From Octopus sinensis (Eukaryota), in assembly GCF_006345805.1 (NCBI RefSeq), contig NC_043003.1, positions 109,368,001 to 109,432,000 of the forward strand: 64,000 nucleotides of DNA, written 5' to 3'. The notes beneath the pieces are model-generated. The model worked only from the letters and a program-made list of their open reading frames with translations, did no database searches and was not told where the DNA came from. Position numbers and translations under genes: made by a program. Positions within the stretch are counted from its first letter, which is position 1. Every line of letters begins with the position of its first letter. Positions 38,705 through 51,150 of this stretch are shown piece by piece.

Positions 38705-38798
38705 TGCAGCCTTCTGGCTTCACAGACCCCAGTTGAACCGTCCAACCCATGCTAGCATGGAAAGCGGACGCTAAATGAAATGATGAATGATGATGATG

Positions 38799-38800
<2 letters not shown>
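38705..38800 (+). mobile_element. RTE-derived 3' tail fragment
   Basis: gcagccttctggcttc...gaaccgtccaacccatgctagcatggaaagcggacg. Confidence 0.8.
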
Positions 38801-38838
<38 letters not shown>

Positions 38839-39334
38839 ATATATCATATATATACATGCCAAATGACAACAATAGCATCCTATGATGTCAAGTGTGCCAT
38901 ATGTTGTATGGTGAGGGGGGTACCCTGTTTGCCGTTTCTTTCACGTGTACTTGAAATAGCATTGCCGTTTGTAATGATGATGCGGCAGGGTGGCAATGCC
39001 GGTTGTGTTGGGGGTGGATGTGATGCTGGTGAGGGGTAAGTGTGTGTGTGGCAGTGATGGTAGTGGTGGTGGGAAGACTATAAAGCAGAAAAGGCTAGGA
39101 GCTGGGGGGTGAGGGGAAGGGCAAAAGAGAAAAGGGACTGAATGTAAAGAAAATAGGAGTGAATGGTAGACCCCAGAGGATGAGGATGTCCTCTGCCTCT
39201 TCCCCTCCTCTTCAATCATTGTACTCTTCTTTTTCCTTCTCTTTCTTTGTTAGTTTATTTTTATTTTTATTTTTATTTTTATTCACATATTTACATATTT
39301 CTCAAAGTAGTGACAGTTCAGGTTACATCTACCC

Positions 39335-39428
39335 AAACACCACCGCCACCACCACCTCCACTATTTTTGTCATTTCTACTTACTACTACTACTACAGCTG
39401 CTGCTGCTGGCACTACCACTACCACCAT

Positions 39429-39459
<31 letters not shown>

Positions 39460-39712
39460 GCTACTGCTGCTGCTGCTGCTAATAGTATCTCCACCACCAT
39501 CACCATCACCACTACTACTACTACTATTACAGTTATTTCTGCAACTGTTGCTATTGCCAGTTGTACCTGTGGTGTCCTGCAGGTGATGATAGATCATATC
39601 AATGTTGATAAGCTCAGGTAAAAGGAATTCTGACATCCCAAAGATTACAGAGAGAGAGAAAGAGAAAGAGAAAGAGAGAGAGAGAGAATAAAAGAGAGAG
39701 AGCGAGAGAGAG

Positions 39713-39745
<33 letters not shown>
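39335..39745. repeat. (ACC/ACT/GCT)n and (GA)n microsatellites
   Basis: Direct inspection. Confidence 0.9.
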
Positions 39746-39748
<3 letters not shown>

Positions 39749-39884
39749 CTGGCATTGCTATCTAATGAAGAAGTTTCACTCTAGTATCTTTCCAGGACTT
39801 CTATCTCCCTAGGAAGATACTCCAACAATGCCAACATCACCCCCACCACTACCACTGCCACTACCACCGCCATCACAACCATCC

Positions 39885-40194
39885 TAACGTTCTGAGTTCA
39901 AATTCTGCTAAAGTCTACTTTGCCTTTCATCCTTTCAGGATTAGTAAAATAAGGGCTAGTTGAGCCCTGAGGTGGATGTGATCGATTGCCTCCACCCTTG
40001 TGCAAAAATTTGAAACCGTTATTACTATTATTGTTGTTTGTTATTTATCTCTCAGACTTATTTCTGTTAGATGGTGAGTAACATTCAGTAGCTTTCTTAA
40101 GATTCTTGCAATCTCAAATAAACAGGCTTTCCCTATGATTCTTACTCTCCCTAATTTGTAGAGAACTTTATGTCACAACCAAGATGTTCTTTCA

Positions 40195-40229
<35 letters not shown>

Positions 40230-40480
40230 TATTATTACTACTACTACTAATTTTATTATTAGCATTGTTGTTTCCAGAATCATTAGAATGCTGAACAAAA
40301 TGTTTAGCGGTATTTTGTCTGTCTTTATGTTCTGAGTTTAAATTCCTCCAGGGTTGACTTTGTCTTTCATGCTTTTGGGGTTGATAAAATAAGCACTGTT
40401 TGAGCATTGGGGTCAATATAATTGACTTGGCTCCTTCCCTCAAACTGCTGGCCTTGTACCAAAATTTGAAACCGTTACTA
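39885..40480 (+). mobile_element. Two SINE family C copies (39885-40020, 40275-40480)
   Basis: gttctgagtt.aaatt...gataaaataag...aaaatttgaaaccg. Confidence 0.75.
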
Positions 40481-40554
40481 TTGTTTCCAGACCATTTAAT
40501 ATTTTTTTCTTACATAGGTACAAAGTGAGAAATTTGTATTGCTAAATGATTGGT

Positions 40555-41110
40555 TGATTATGACCAATCTGTCACTCCATTCACAGATGGTAGGTAAGTG
40601 ATTTGAGGGACAATTGGCTGCTACTTCTAGCAGGTTTAGTGCCCATGTGGAGGTTTGTGAATTGTGTTGTAGTTATTATTTTTGCCCTGGGTTAACGTTG
40701 ATTGAGCAGACTTATGATTAAAGGGATTACAACTCTAACCCTACAATCTTTTGATTGAAGCACAATGTATCTAAGACTACGTCATGAAATGAGTTCTTCC
40801 ATGATAAAGGTAGTAGTTTGTGTGATCTGAGGGATATTTGGTTGTTGTTTCAAGCATGTCATTGTCCATGCAATGGCTCTCTTATAGGCCTTTAATGCTG
40901 TAGTTGATGCTGTTTAGCCCTTGGCAAGTCCTGATTGAGTAAACCTATAATCAAAAGTGCTCCAAGTGTGATCATGTGACCATATAGTCTTTTATTCAGA
41001 GATGGTGTATATCTAGTGCTACAATATCAAATGTCCTTCATGTGGTGTGATTTGAAAAATAATTTAGCTGCTATTTCTTGCATATCCAATAATTGTGTAG
41101 AGTCACCTGT
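40555..41110 (+). repeat. Tandem degenerate units of an unclassified repeat (also 45640-45870 - and 62020-62180 +)
   Basis: Recurring tgattgag.a.ac.tat.at.aaa.g and g.tgtgatttgaggga.a.ttggctgcta.ttctagca blocks. Confidence 0.55.
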
Positions 41111-41256
41111 GTTGCTTCTTGAAAGATCCTTGATCATCACTGATGTACTTAGTAACAGCTTGTAAATATAAACACTAATTGGTTAAGGTTAGTTAAGAAA
41201 TAAGCCAAGTTTGAATTGGGAAATAGTTAAGGCGAGAGAGAAAGAGAGAGAGAGAA

Positions 41257-41288
<32 letters not shown>

Positions 41289-41874
41289 ATGGATAGATAG
41301 ATAGATGGATAGATAGATAGATGGATAGATAGATAGATAGATAGACAGATAGAGATAGAGATAAAGAGAGAGAGAGAGGAATGAGATTAAGAGAGAAAGT
41401 GCGAGAGTGATAGAGCCTGAGAAAGAAACAGAATGACTGAGAAGGAGTGATTGTAAATCAGAGAAAAAAAAGACAAAGAAAAAACAAAACATAGATTGAG
41501 AATTATTGATAGGTTTTCTTCCTGATTCTAAGAAACAAAATTTGAAGAAAAATATTAGGTAAATATGAAAAATAAATAGAAAATTATGATAAAAAAACAA
41601 AGAAAAGAAATTGAGAGATTGTGAGATAGTAATAAAGTTAACAGATGAAAAATAGTGAGTCAGATAAATGATGTAATTAATTCTAAGTTTACTATATATT
41701 TTTTTATTTATTTTTATCCTGCTAATGAGTGAGACCTTGGATAAAAGACAAAATTTGGATATTGCTATGTATGCACCATACTGAGAGACTAATCACTTAC
41801 ATCTTACTTGTCTCCAACTCACTCCTTTCTCTCTCTCTCTTTCTCTTTCTTTTTCTCCCTCTCTCTCTTTTCCC

Positions 41875-41921
<47 letters not shown>

Positions 41922-42050
41922 ACGGAGATGTACTTGCATAGCAAGTAACCTGATCTGAGATCGTCTTGTGTTTCTTAAATGGCTTATAAACACCTTCCAC
42001 AGTGTATACATACATATATATATATATTATATATATAATATAAATGTATG

Positions 42051-42108
<58 letters not shown>

Positions 42109-42299
42109 ATATATATATACCTCTCATGGAAATAGATGAGGGTTGATGATAGAAGGGGCATTCAGTCACATAAAATTGAGTCTCAACCAAAGATTCTATC
42201 TGAACGATGTGAGTATGGAAAAGCAGATGTTAAAACAATATCTATACATACATACATACATACATACACACATATATATGGTGGTTGTCTACTCCTTAT

Positions 42300-43330
42300 G
42301 CAGAGTTTCACCACCTCCTGCACCTACACCTTAGAACCATCATGGCATCTGATGTGGCTTTTTAAACCAGACAATCTTCTGAAAAGACACCCACTGAGAT
42401 TGCACATCCTATTTGGATCAGCAAGAGCTGCAGATAAGTTCTGCTCTTTGTAGATCTTAAAATGTCTTTTGAGGCCTCTGTTAGATTTGCAATCCTTCTG
42501 GCATACACTGCATTCAAAGGTATGCATAGACATAGGCAGAATAATTGGTGCAGGTTTGTTTTCCATGGGTTTGCGAATGAGAATTGAGCCCAGCAAAAGA
42601 AAGGCATGGTCTGTCACAAACTGCACACAAAAAGGCCATTGTGATTCACCTTCTTGATCGTAATATTCTTCCTTAAATCTCTTTTGAGTCTTCCATGCGT
42701 TATCCTGGCCTCTTCAAATGATTTCATTCCACTCCACACTTTTGTTCGCCATCTGAAGCAAGGGCTTCTATGTCCACTGGATCCATTCCAAGTGACTTCA
42801 TAATAGTCCTTACACTGTCCATAAACCTTTTCTTTAGGTTTACGCTGATAGTATTACCTCTCTGCACACTCACCATAAAACAGCTGTTTGGGCATGAGTT
42901 CATTCGCCATTCAAACAATATGGCCACACCATCTCATTTGGTTTCTCAAAATCATAGCTTTAATTGAGGTGATGCCTGCAGATGCAAGGACACCTGTGTT
43001 TGGAGTAAAGGAACTCCATTTAATATTTAAAATGCGATGAAGGGATTTTTGGTGGAATTATTCCATCAATTTAAAATGCCTCTTATAACAAATCCATGTT
43101 TCACAAGAATACAACAGGAATGGTAAGACAAAGGATTTGTAAAGAGCCAGCTTTGTATTGTTATTTATATGTCAATGGCACCAAACACATGACTCCAAGC
43201 AACCAAATGTTTTAGCTGTGCTTTGAATTCACAGATGTATTTCTGTATCAAGATTTCCATCATTTTGTACAGAGCTTCCGAGGTAGATGAACGAATCAAC
43301 AACCTCAAGTAACTTAACCTTAACAAAAAT
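42300..43330 (-). mobile_element. RTE-clade LINE 3' ORF relic with C-terminal C2H2-like fingers
   Basis: VDSFIYLGS; LLYSCETW; FHQKSLHRILNIKW; MRWCGHIV; PKQLFYGE; CAVCDRPC..GLNSH; CSVCQKDC..GLKRH; GLKSHIRCH. Confidence 0.88.
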
Positions 43331-43459
43331 TTAAAAAAATATGTATGTGTCCTTACCTCACAGAGTTCATTTTGTAATTACTGCCAAAGGTGGTCCTACT
43401 CTATATTAAAATAAATTTGTTTGAAATTTTAAGGTGTTTCCATTATTTTGTCCAACCAC

Positions 43460-43514
<55 letters not shown>

Positions 43515-43789
43515 TGTTTGTCACCCACAACAGTTTGTGAATCGATACTACAAAATTCTTTAGATCTTGAAGTTTCTGTCTCTGTAACTCAGCAAAAGAG
43601 ACTGATGGAATAAGTACAAGGCTTAACAAAATAAGTACTGAGATTTGTTCATTTGACTAGAAATTCTTCAAGGTGGTGCCCCAGCGTGGCCACAGCCTAA
43701 TGACTGAAACAAAGAGAAGTTAAAAGATATATCTATATATGTGTGTGTGTGTCTCTATAGATATATGTATCTGTATGTTTATAATATAT

Positions 43790-43908
43790 TTATTTGACCA
43801 TATCACATTGAAAGCACCAGTTCTCATCCGATCACCGAAGTTAAGCAACATCGAACCTAGTGAGTACTTAGATGAGTGACCACTTGGGACACCTAGGTGC
43901 TGTAAGCA
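43790..43908 (+). pseudogene. 5S rRNA pseudogene
   Basis: gaccatatcacattgaaagcaccagttctcatccgatcaccgaagttaagcaacatcg...agtacttagatgagtgaccac.tggga.acc.aggtg.tgta is collinear with metazoan 5S rRNA. Many CpG-type transitions, degenerate box C and a damaged 5' end. Confidence 0.85.
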
Positions 43909-43922
43909 TCTCACACTTTTTA

Positions 43923-44320
43923 GGTGCAGGAGTGGCTGTGTGGTAAGTTACTTGCTTACCAACCACATGATTCCGGGTTCAGTCCCACTGAGTGGCACCT
44001 TGAGCAAGTATCTTCTACTATGGCCTTGGGCCGACCAAAGCCTTGTGAGTGGGTTTGGTAGATGGAAACTGAAAGAAGCCCATCGTATATACATACATAT
44101 GTGTGTGTGTTTGTGTGTCTGTGTTTGTCTCCCAACATTACTTGACAACCGATGCCGGTGTGTTTACATCCCCATAACTTAGCAGTTCAGCAAAAAGACA
44201 CTGATAGAATAAGTACTAGGCTTACAAAGAATAAGTCCTGGGGTTGATTTACTCGACCAAAGGTGGTGCTCCAGCATGACCACACTCAGATGACTGAAAC
44301 AAGTAAAAGAATGAAAAGAA
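43923..44320 (+). mobile_element. SINE family A, full length
   Basis: All family A blocks are present. Confidence 0.9.
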
Positions 44321-44614
44321 TATATCTATATCTACTCACACACTCTCTCTCCCTCTCTCTCACACACACACACATGCACACACACACATACACATGCGTA
44401 CACACACACACACACTTAAAATGCAAAAGTAGAAGCTTCAACATCAAAAGAGTCCTGTAATGGATACAGCCATAAATAATAGCATGTAATATATTGGATT
44501 AATAAAAACTATTGGTCAGGAAAAACAAAATAGAGGCAAAGGCTAGCTGTAGATATGAAACTGAATCTTCTTTACAGAATATATTATATTACTTGCTATC
44601 ATTCATAGCAGTAT

Positions 44615-45075
44615 TTAAGGTGGAAACCTGGCAGAACTATTAGCATGCGAGCTGGCAGACACGTTAGCACACCGGGTGAAATGCTTAGCGGTATTTTGTC
44701 TGCCGCTACATTCTGAGTTCAAATTCCGCCTAGGTCGACTTTGCCTTTCATCCTTTCGGAGTCGATTAAATAAGTACCAGTTACAAACTGGGGTCGATGT
44801 AATCGATCTAATCCGTTTGTCTGTCCTTGTTTGTCCCCTCTGTGTGTATCCCCATGTGGTTAGTAAAGAAATAAGAACTATTAGCATGCTGTACAAAATG
44901 CTATGCTCAATTTTGCCCCACTTTATGTTCTGAGCTCAAATTCTGCAGAAACCAACTATGCCTTTCATCCCATCAGAGTTGATAAAATAGCATCAGCCAG
45001 CTCCTGGGGTCGATGCGATTGCCTTGCTCCTCCCCTCAAAAATTTCTGGCCCTTTATCAAAATTTGAATCCATTA
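44615..45075 (+). mobile_element. Tandem SINE family C copies
   Basis: gagctggcagacacgttagcac...ttctgagttcaaattccgcc...gtcgatgtaatcga, followed by a second degenerate unit. Confidence 0.85.
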
Positions 45076-45235
45076 TTTATAAAGAATCCACTTTGAGACT
45101 CGCTCTTAAAATTACATATGCGTGTGTGTGTGTGTGTGTGAGTGTGCGCGTGTGTGTACGTATGCATGTGTGGAGAGTGAAAGACAGCATGGGAAAGAAG
45201 AGATTGTAATCTATAACATGAATGTGTGTATGCAT

Positions 45236-45305
<70 letters not shown>

Positions 45306-46744
45306 TCACACACACATACTCACACATGCACATACAAATATGTACTCATAGAATTACAAAACCATAGACAAGCAAATACTGCTTTAACATTCACTAATAC
45401 ATACATACAAAGGCAATGTCAGTGATTACATTTAAACTTTGAACTAGGCATATGCTAATTGTAATACTGGTTTGCTGACATTGCACACAGGTCAACCAAT
45501 CACTGCAGGCCAATGGGATATCCAGCATATCATATGAATGGCTGTTTCTTTATTGCCATCAGCTAATAATAATAGAGATATAATCCTAGCTTCTTCTGAC
45601 ATAGCTGTTAAATCAATATGGCTATTAATAACATTGCAGCTTGTGGTGAGCCAATGAAGGAGCTTCTATGTGGTCATTCAATATGCAAGAAATAGCAACC
45701 AAATCTTCTTCCTCAAATGATACCTTACTCTAATGGTACTGGCACATTTGATACTGCAGCACCCTGCATTTCCTGTAGATATGGAAAAAAGAGGGGATAG
45801 TCATGGCTGGTATCCCTCTAATTATTGGTCTGTTGGGTCAGGGCTGACCAAGGGTTAAACAATAACAGCATATAGGATTAGTTAGAGTTTCTATGTGAGC
45901 ATTCAATTTGCTAAAGATTGCCTCCAACTGTCCTTCAAAACTACATGCCTATTTGAACAAAAAACACTTTGGACTCTCTATGACTATGGATAGAATGCCT
46001 AGAAAAGAAAAAAACAGATTGGGTGGTCACAACTGGAATGCTTTTGATCATCTAAATCTCTATTCAACCAGGATTGACTTGGACCTAAACACCACCACCA
46101 CCATCACCACAACTGCCACTGCTGCCATTGCCACCACCACCACCACCACCACCACCACCAACAACAACAACAGCACCTATAGTCATCAGAACATATTGAA
46201 GAGATGGTATTTCTGTTGGCGGCAAGGAGTCAGTCTTTTTCTTTGTTGCTTAATTTGTTTTTCTTTTTTCCAAGGCAAACTTATGCAATTTTATTTTCAG
46301 GGAAATATATTTCTATATCAAGAATATTTTACTGCAATTTCTAGAAATTTATTAAGAAATATATTACAGTGAGTCATGCAAATGTTTTATAGTCCCAGCA
46401 GACAAAATGGTAAATATCTTAGCCTGAAGAATGGTGAAAGAGATGAGCGGAAAGAGCAATTTTATCATGCAAGGGCTTGTTTAATGTCCAAACGAACATT
46501 AAATCTCAATTATGTCGTTTCCAGAAAGATAATAGCATAACATGAAATCTTGAGATTGTAGTTTTTCTGTCTTTGGTAAAGTATATTGTTATATACAAAG
46601 AAGAAAAGTTATGGAGCATGAGTATGAAAGCATAATCAATGATGATTAATTTCAGGTTATATTAATATGACCCCTGGTAAATGTCTATAAATCCTTTATT
46701 CCCTAGGCATCAGAATGTTCAGATAGTAATAGGATTCATATGGG

Positions 46745-47385
46745 GTAGGTGTGGTTGGGTAGTTAAAAAGTTTGTTTCCCAACCACATGGTTTCAGGTTC
46801 GGTTCTACTGTGTGGCATCTTTGGCTAGTGTCTTCTATTTTAACCCCCCAGGACAACCAAAGCTTTCTGGGTGGATTTGGTAAATGGGAATGGAAAGAAG
46901 AGATTGTATGTATATATGTCTGTGTCAAAGAAGAGATTGTATGTATATATGTCTGTGTGTGTGTGTGTATTTTTTCATTCATTTACTTGTTTCAGTCATT
47001 TGACTATGGTCATGCCGGAACACTGACTAATTGACCCCAGGACTTATTTCCGTTTTTTAGGCATAGTACTTCTTATACCATTGGTCTCTTTTGCTGAATC
47101 ACTAAATTATGGGGATGTAAAGACACCAACACTGGTTGTCAGGTGGTGGTGGTGGGTGAACAAACTCAGACATGAAAACAAACACATAGACACACACATA
47201 GATATATACATATATAAATATGACGGGCTTCTTTCAGTTTTCGTCTTCCAAATCCACTCACAAGGCTTTGGTTGACCAGTGGCTATAGTAGAAGACACTT
47301 GCCGAAGGTCTCATGCAGTGGAACTGAACCCAGAAACATGTGATTTTGAAGTAAGCTTCTAACCACACAGCCACACCTGAAGCTA
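46745..47385. mobile_element. Two SINE family A copies, tail-to-tail (46745-46990 +, 46980-47385 -)
   Basis: Head on + at 46745; reverse-complement head ends near 47380. Confidence 0.75.
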
Positions 47386-47498
47386 TGTATATATATATAT
47401 GTGTGTGTGTGTGTTTGTATGTATTAATTATTTACAGAAGATTTTAACAATTAAACTGCAATAAGGTAGTGAACCTGTACCACCTTCTAGTGATGGGA

Positions 47499-47548
47499 CC
47501 AGCAGACCAGCCTGATTTCGGGCTATTTCTGCCTCTCTTCAGTACTGG
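47499..47548 (-). ncRNA. Type I hammerhead ribozyme
   Basis: Minus strand: ccagta-CTGAAGA-g a ggc agaaata gcc c-GAAA-tcag g ctg-GTC-tgctgg. Stem I 6 bp, near-palindromic stem III, GUC triplet. Confidence 0.8.
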
Positions 47549-47722
47549 ACACCTCGTCTGCTAGAGATAGCAGTAGCCCACTTCTGCTTGCAATACATAT
47601 AATTTCATGCGACACACAATCACTGATTTTTCAACAAGCAAAAATGCTAGCTCTATGATCTCTCTGAGAGATCTACATTATAGTTGCACTAACAAGTAAT
47701 GCTAGTAGACACTTCAACATGG

Positions 47723-47862
47723 CTGCGATTTTTTAACCCCAAGAGTACAGATCCTCTGGCTGGTTAATGATGCATAGCTCCCCTGATCGCAATATCTCAT
47801 AAGCAGCTGTGCTTTGTTAGCCAGCTAGAGGAGATGTCCAGTTAGGGGTTAAAAAATTGCAG
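47723..47862. repeat. Short foldback / MITE-like element (about 45-bp imperfect TIRs)
   Basis: ctgcgattttttaacccc...cctctggctggttaa vs ttagccagctagagg...ggggttaaaaaattgcag. Confidence 0.7.
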
Positions 47863-47959
47863 TAAAGTCCATTCAAATGGACAGCTATATTGAAGTGGCT
47901 ATGAACATTACTTATATATAAGTATATTATATATATATATATATAAGTAAAAAGAAAAA

Positions 47960-48190
47960 AAATTCAAGCGAGGTCGTTGCCAGTACCACCTGACTGGCCC
48001 CCATGCTGGTGGCATGTAAAAGCACCCACTACACTCTTGGAGTGGTTGCTGTTAGGAAGGGCATCCACCTGTAGAAACTCTGCCAGATCAGACTGGAGCC
48101 TGGTGCAGGCATCTTGTTCGCCAGCCCACAGTCAAACCGTCCAACCCATGCTAGCATGGAAAGCGGATGTTAAACGATGATGATGATGAT
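47960..48190 (+). mobile_element. RTE-derived 3' short element
   Basis: gcgaggtcgttgccag...ggcatgtaaaagcaccc...aggaagggcatcc...gttaaacgatgatg. Confidence 0.85.
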
Positions 48191-48192
48191 GA

Positions 48193-48249
<57 letters not shown>

Positions 48250-48784
48250 CAGCCGAAATTGCTAGGATGATCCGGTTCTTGACTGAAGATTGAAGGCTTC
48301 GAATGTCCCATCCGTGTTTTTTGTATCGTCTTCTAAATGTTTTACGCTCTTGTCCCAGTTTGTATTTTTCTACATATAATACATATATATATATATATAT
48401 ATATATATGCATGCATACATACATACATACATACATATATATTTGCATTTGGCTAGCATTTTAAGCAAGCAGAAGCAATTATATGATAAATTACTTTTTT
48501 TACCAAGCTCTACATATTCCACAGTTATTTTATTTTTAATCATTACATAATGTTAAATTTATGTAAATTTTTCTCATTATTTTCTAATATTTCTACGAAT
48601 TATTTTTAAAATAGTCATAATATCCTTGATTGAATGCTAAAATAATTGGCAAGACTAGACAGACAATCAAAAACAATCATAGCTGCATTTAATATGCAAC
48701 AGCCAGGATGGGACTACAGAATATCATGCTAAAAGCAATACAAGTAATTCCTCATCAAAGAAGAGTGATCAAAAGAGAAATAAA

Positions 48785-49150
48785 GGATTGGCTGTGTGGT
48801 AAGTAGTTTGCTTACCAACCACATGGTTTTGGATTCAGTCCCACTGCATGGCACCTTGGGCAAGTGTCTTCTACTATAGCCTTGGACCAACCAAAGCTTT
48901 GTAAGTGGATTTGGTAGGTGGAAACTGAAAGAAGCTCACCATATATGTGTGTGTGTGTGTGCTTATCCCCCCCAACATTGCTTGACAACTGCTGTTGGTG
49001 TGTTTTCGTCCTCGTATCTTTGTGGTTCAGCAAAAGAGATCAATAGAATAAATACTAGGCTTACAAAGAATAAGTCCTGGGGTCGATTTGCTCGACTAAA
49101 GGCACTGCTCCAACATGGCCACAATCAAAATGACAGAAAGAAATAAAAAA
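48785..49150 (+). mobile_element. SINE family A, full length
   Basis: All family A blocks are present. Confidence 0.88.
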
Positions 49151-49224
49151 AAACCTGTGAGCTCTGTGCTTCTCAGCATTGACTGAGAAGCACAGAACTT
49201 AAAGAATGTATCAAATGATATTTT

Positions 49225-49630
49225 TTATTAGCATTAGAAAGAGCATCCAACTGTACAAACAATGTCAAGTCAGGCACTGGAGCATGATGCAGTTCTTAAA
49301 CCCCATCAAATCCAGTCAAAACATCTAACCCATGCCAGCATGGAACATAGATGTTAAATCCTGATGATGAAGACTTTTTACCAGAAAGCTACCAAATGTA
49401 TGTAATGAACTAGAATAAAATAACTGCACAATATTTGGGTATCATCATCATTTAATGTCTGTTGTCCATGCTGGCATGGGTTGGACAGTTTGACCAGAGC
49501 TGGCAAGCTGAGGAGCTGTGTCAGACTTGTCTGATATGGCATGACTTTTATGGCTGGATGCCCTTCCAAATACCAACCACTTTACAGAGTGTGATGGGTG
49601 CTTTTACATGGTATCATGGGCATTTTTACA
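49225..49630. mobile_element. Two RTE-derived 3' tails in convergent orientation (49225-49370 +, 49440-49630 -)
   Basis: aacccatgccagcatggaa on + and ccatgctggcatgggttgg on -. Confidence 0.7.
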
Positions 49631-49654
49631 TTGCACTGCACTATTGTAAATGTA

Positions 49655-50210
49655 AATATACACACACACATACATACATACATACATACATACATACATA
49701 CATGCATGCATACATACATACATACATACATACATACATACATACATGCATACATATATACATACATACATATATACATACATACATACACACATACATA
49801 CTTACATACATACATTCATACATACATACATACATACATACATACATACATACATACATACATACATACATACATACATGCATGCATGCATGTATGCATA
49901 CATACATACATACATGCATACATACATACATACATACATACATGCATAGATACATACATACATGCATGCATACATACATACATGCATGCATACATACATA
50001 CATACATACATGCATGCATGCATGCATACATACATACATACATACATACATACATACATACATACATACATACATACATACTTACATACATACATACATA
50101 CATGCATGCATGCATGCATGCATACATACATACATGCATACATACATACATACATACATACATACATACATACATACCTACATACATACATACATACATA
50201 CATACATACA
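49655..50210. repeat. (TACA)n microsatellite with TGCA variants, about 555 bp
   Basis: Direct inspection. Confidence 0.97.
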
Positions 50211-50611
50211 GGGATGTAGAAATACACGGGTTGGTATCTGAGGGTGCTGTAAGGCCACTGGGAATGACAGATCCATGATCTTTGTCAAGGCCTCCCTTTA
50301 GGAGAAAGCTAACTCATATACAAAATCCGTTGCTTTACTCAGCCTAACATCTTACACTTTGCTTCTCCCTGAGCTTCTTGACATTGTTAGTGAGAGTTGT
50401 GGTGTTGTGCAAGCCATACTTGACTCAAAACACTTGAATGAGCATTGCTGACACTGAATGCCTGTCAGCAATGGTCATGCTCATACAACAAGTAGACAGT
50501 CATCATCACACACACACACACACAAGTACACATATATACATACATATATACATACATATATACATACATATATATATGTCATAACTTAAAATTGAATAGA
50601 AGATCTGAAAA

Positions 50612-50657
50612 CCACCTGATGAATGTCCTTAGAAGAGACACGAAACAATTGTAGTGG
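50612..50657 (+). ncRNA. Minimal type I hammerhead ribozyme
   Basis: ccac-CTGATGA-a tgtc cttagaaga gaca c-GAAAC-AATT-GTA-gtgg. Palindromic ACAATTGT stem III; A.C at the base of stem II. Confidence 0.78.
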
Positions 50658-50757
50658 CGAATTTAATTTTATTTAATTTATATAAAATTTTTAATGTATT
50701 GGTTTAAGTCTTTCTTTGTTTGATTTGCATAATAGTGGTTTTGTCTCTAATTAATAT

Positions 50758-50803
<46 letters not shown>

Positions 50804-50824
50804 TATATAGCGAAATCGAAATCG

Positions 50825-51150
50825 AAATCGAATTGAACCAGCCAGGACCCCTGGTCTGGTGGTACGTAAAAAGCACTATCCGACTCGTGGCCGATGCCAG
50901 CGCCGCCTCGACTGGCTTCCGTGCCGGTGGCACGTAAAATACACCAATCCGACCGTGGCCGTTGCCAGCCTCGCCTGGCACCTGTGCAGGTGGCACGTAA
51001 AAAGCACCCACTACACCCATGGAGTGGTTGGCGTTAGGAAGGGCATCCAGCTGTAGAAACATTTCCAGATAAGACTGGTGCCTGGTGCAGCCTTCTGGCT
51101 TCCCAGATCCCCGGTCGAACCGTCCAACCCATGCTAGCATGGAGAACAGA
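50825..51150 (+). mobile_element. RTE-derived 3' short element, young copy with three modules
   Basis: Three gtgg[ct]acgtaaaa.[ag].cac modules, tggttggcgttaggaagggcatccagctgtagaaac and a (GAT)n tail. Confidence 0.88.

Noticed and set aside
49462-50278. ORFs of 226-259 aa (and similar at 13806, 26388, 26587, 28910)
   Set aside because: They are translations of microsatellites with no protein-like complexity.
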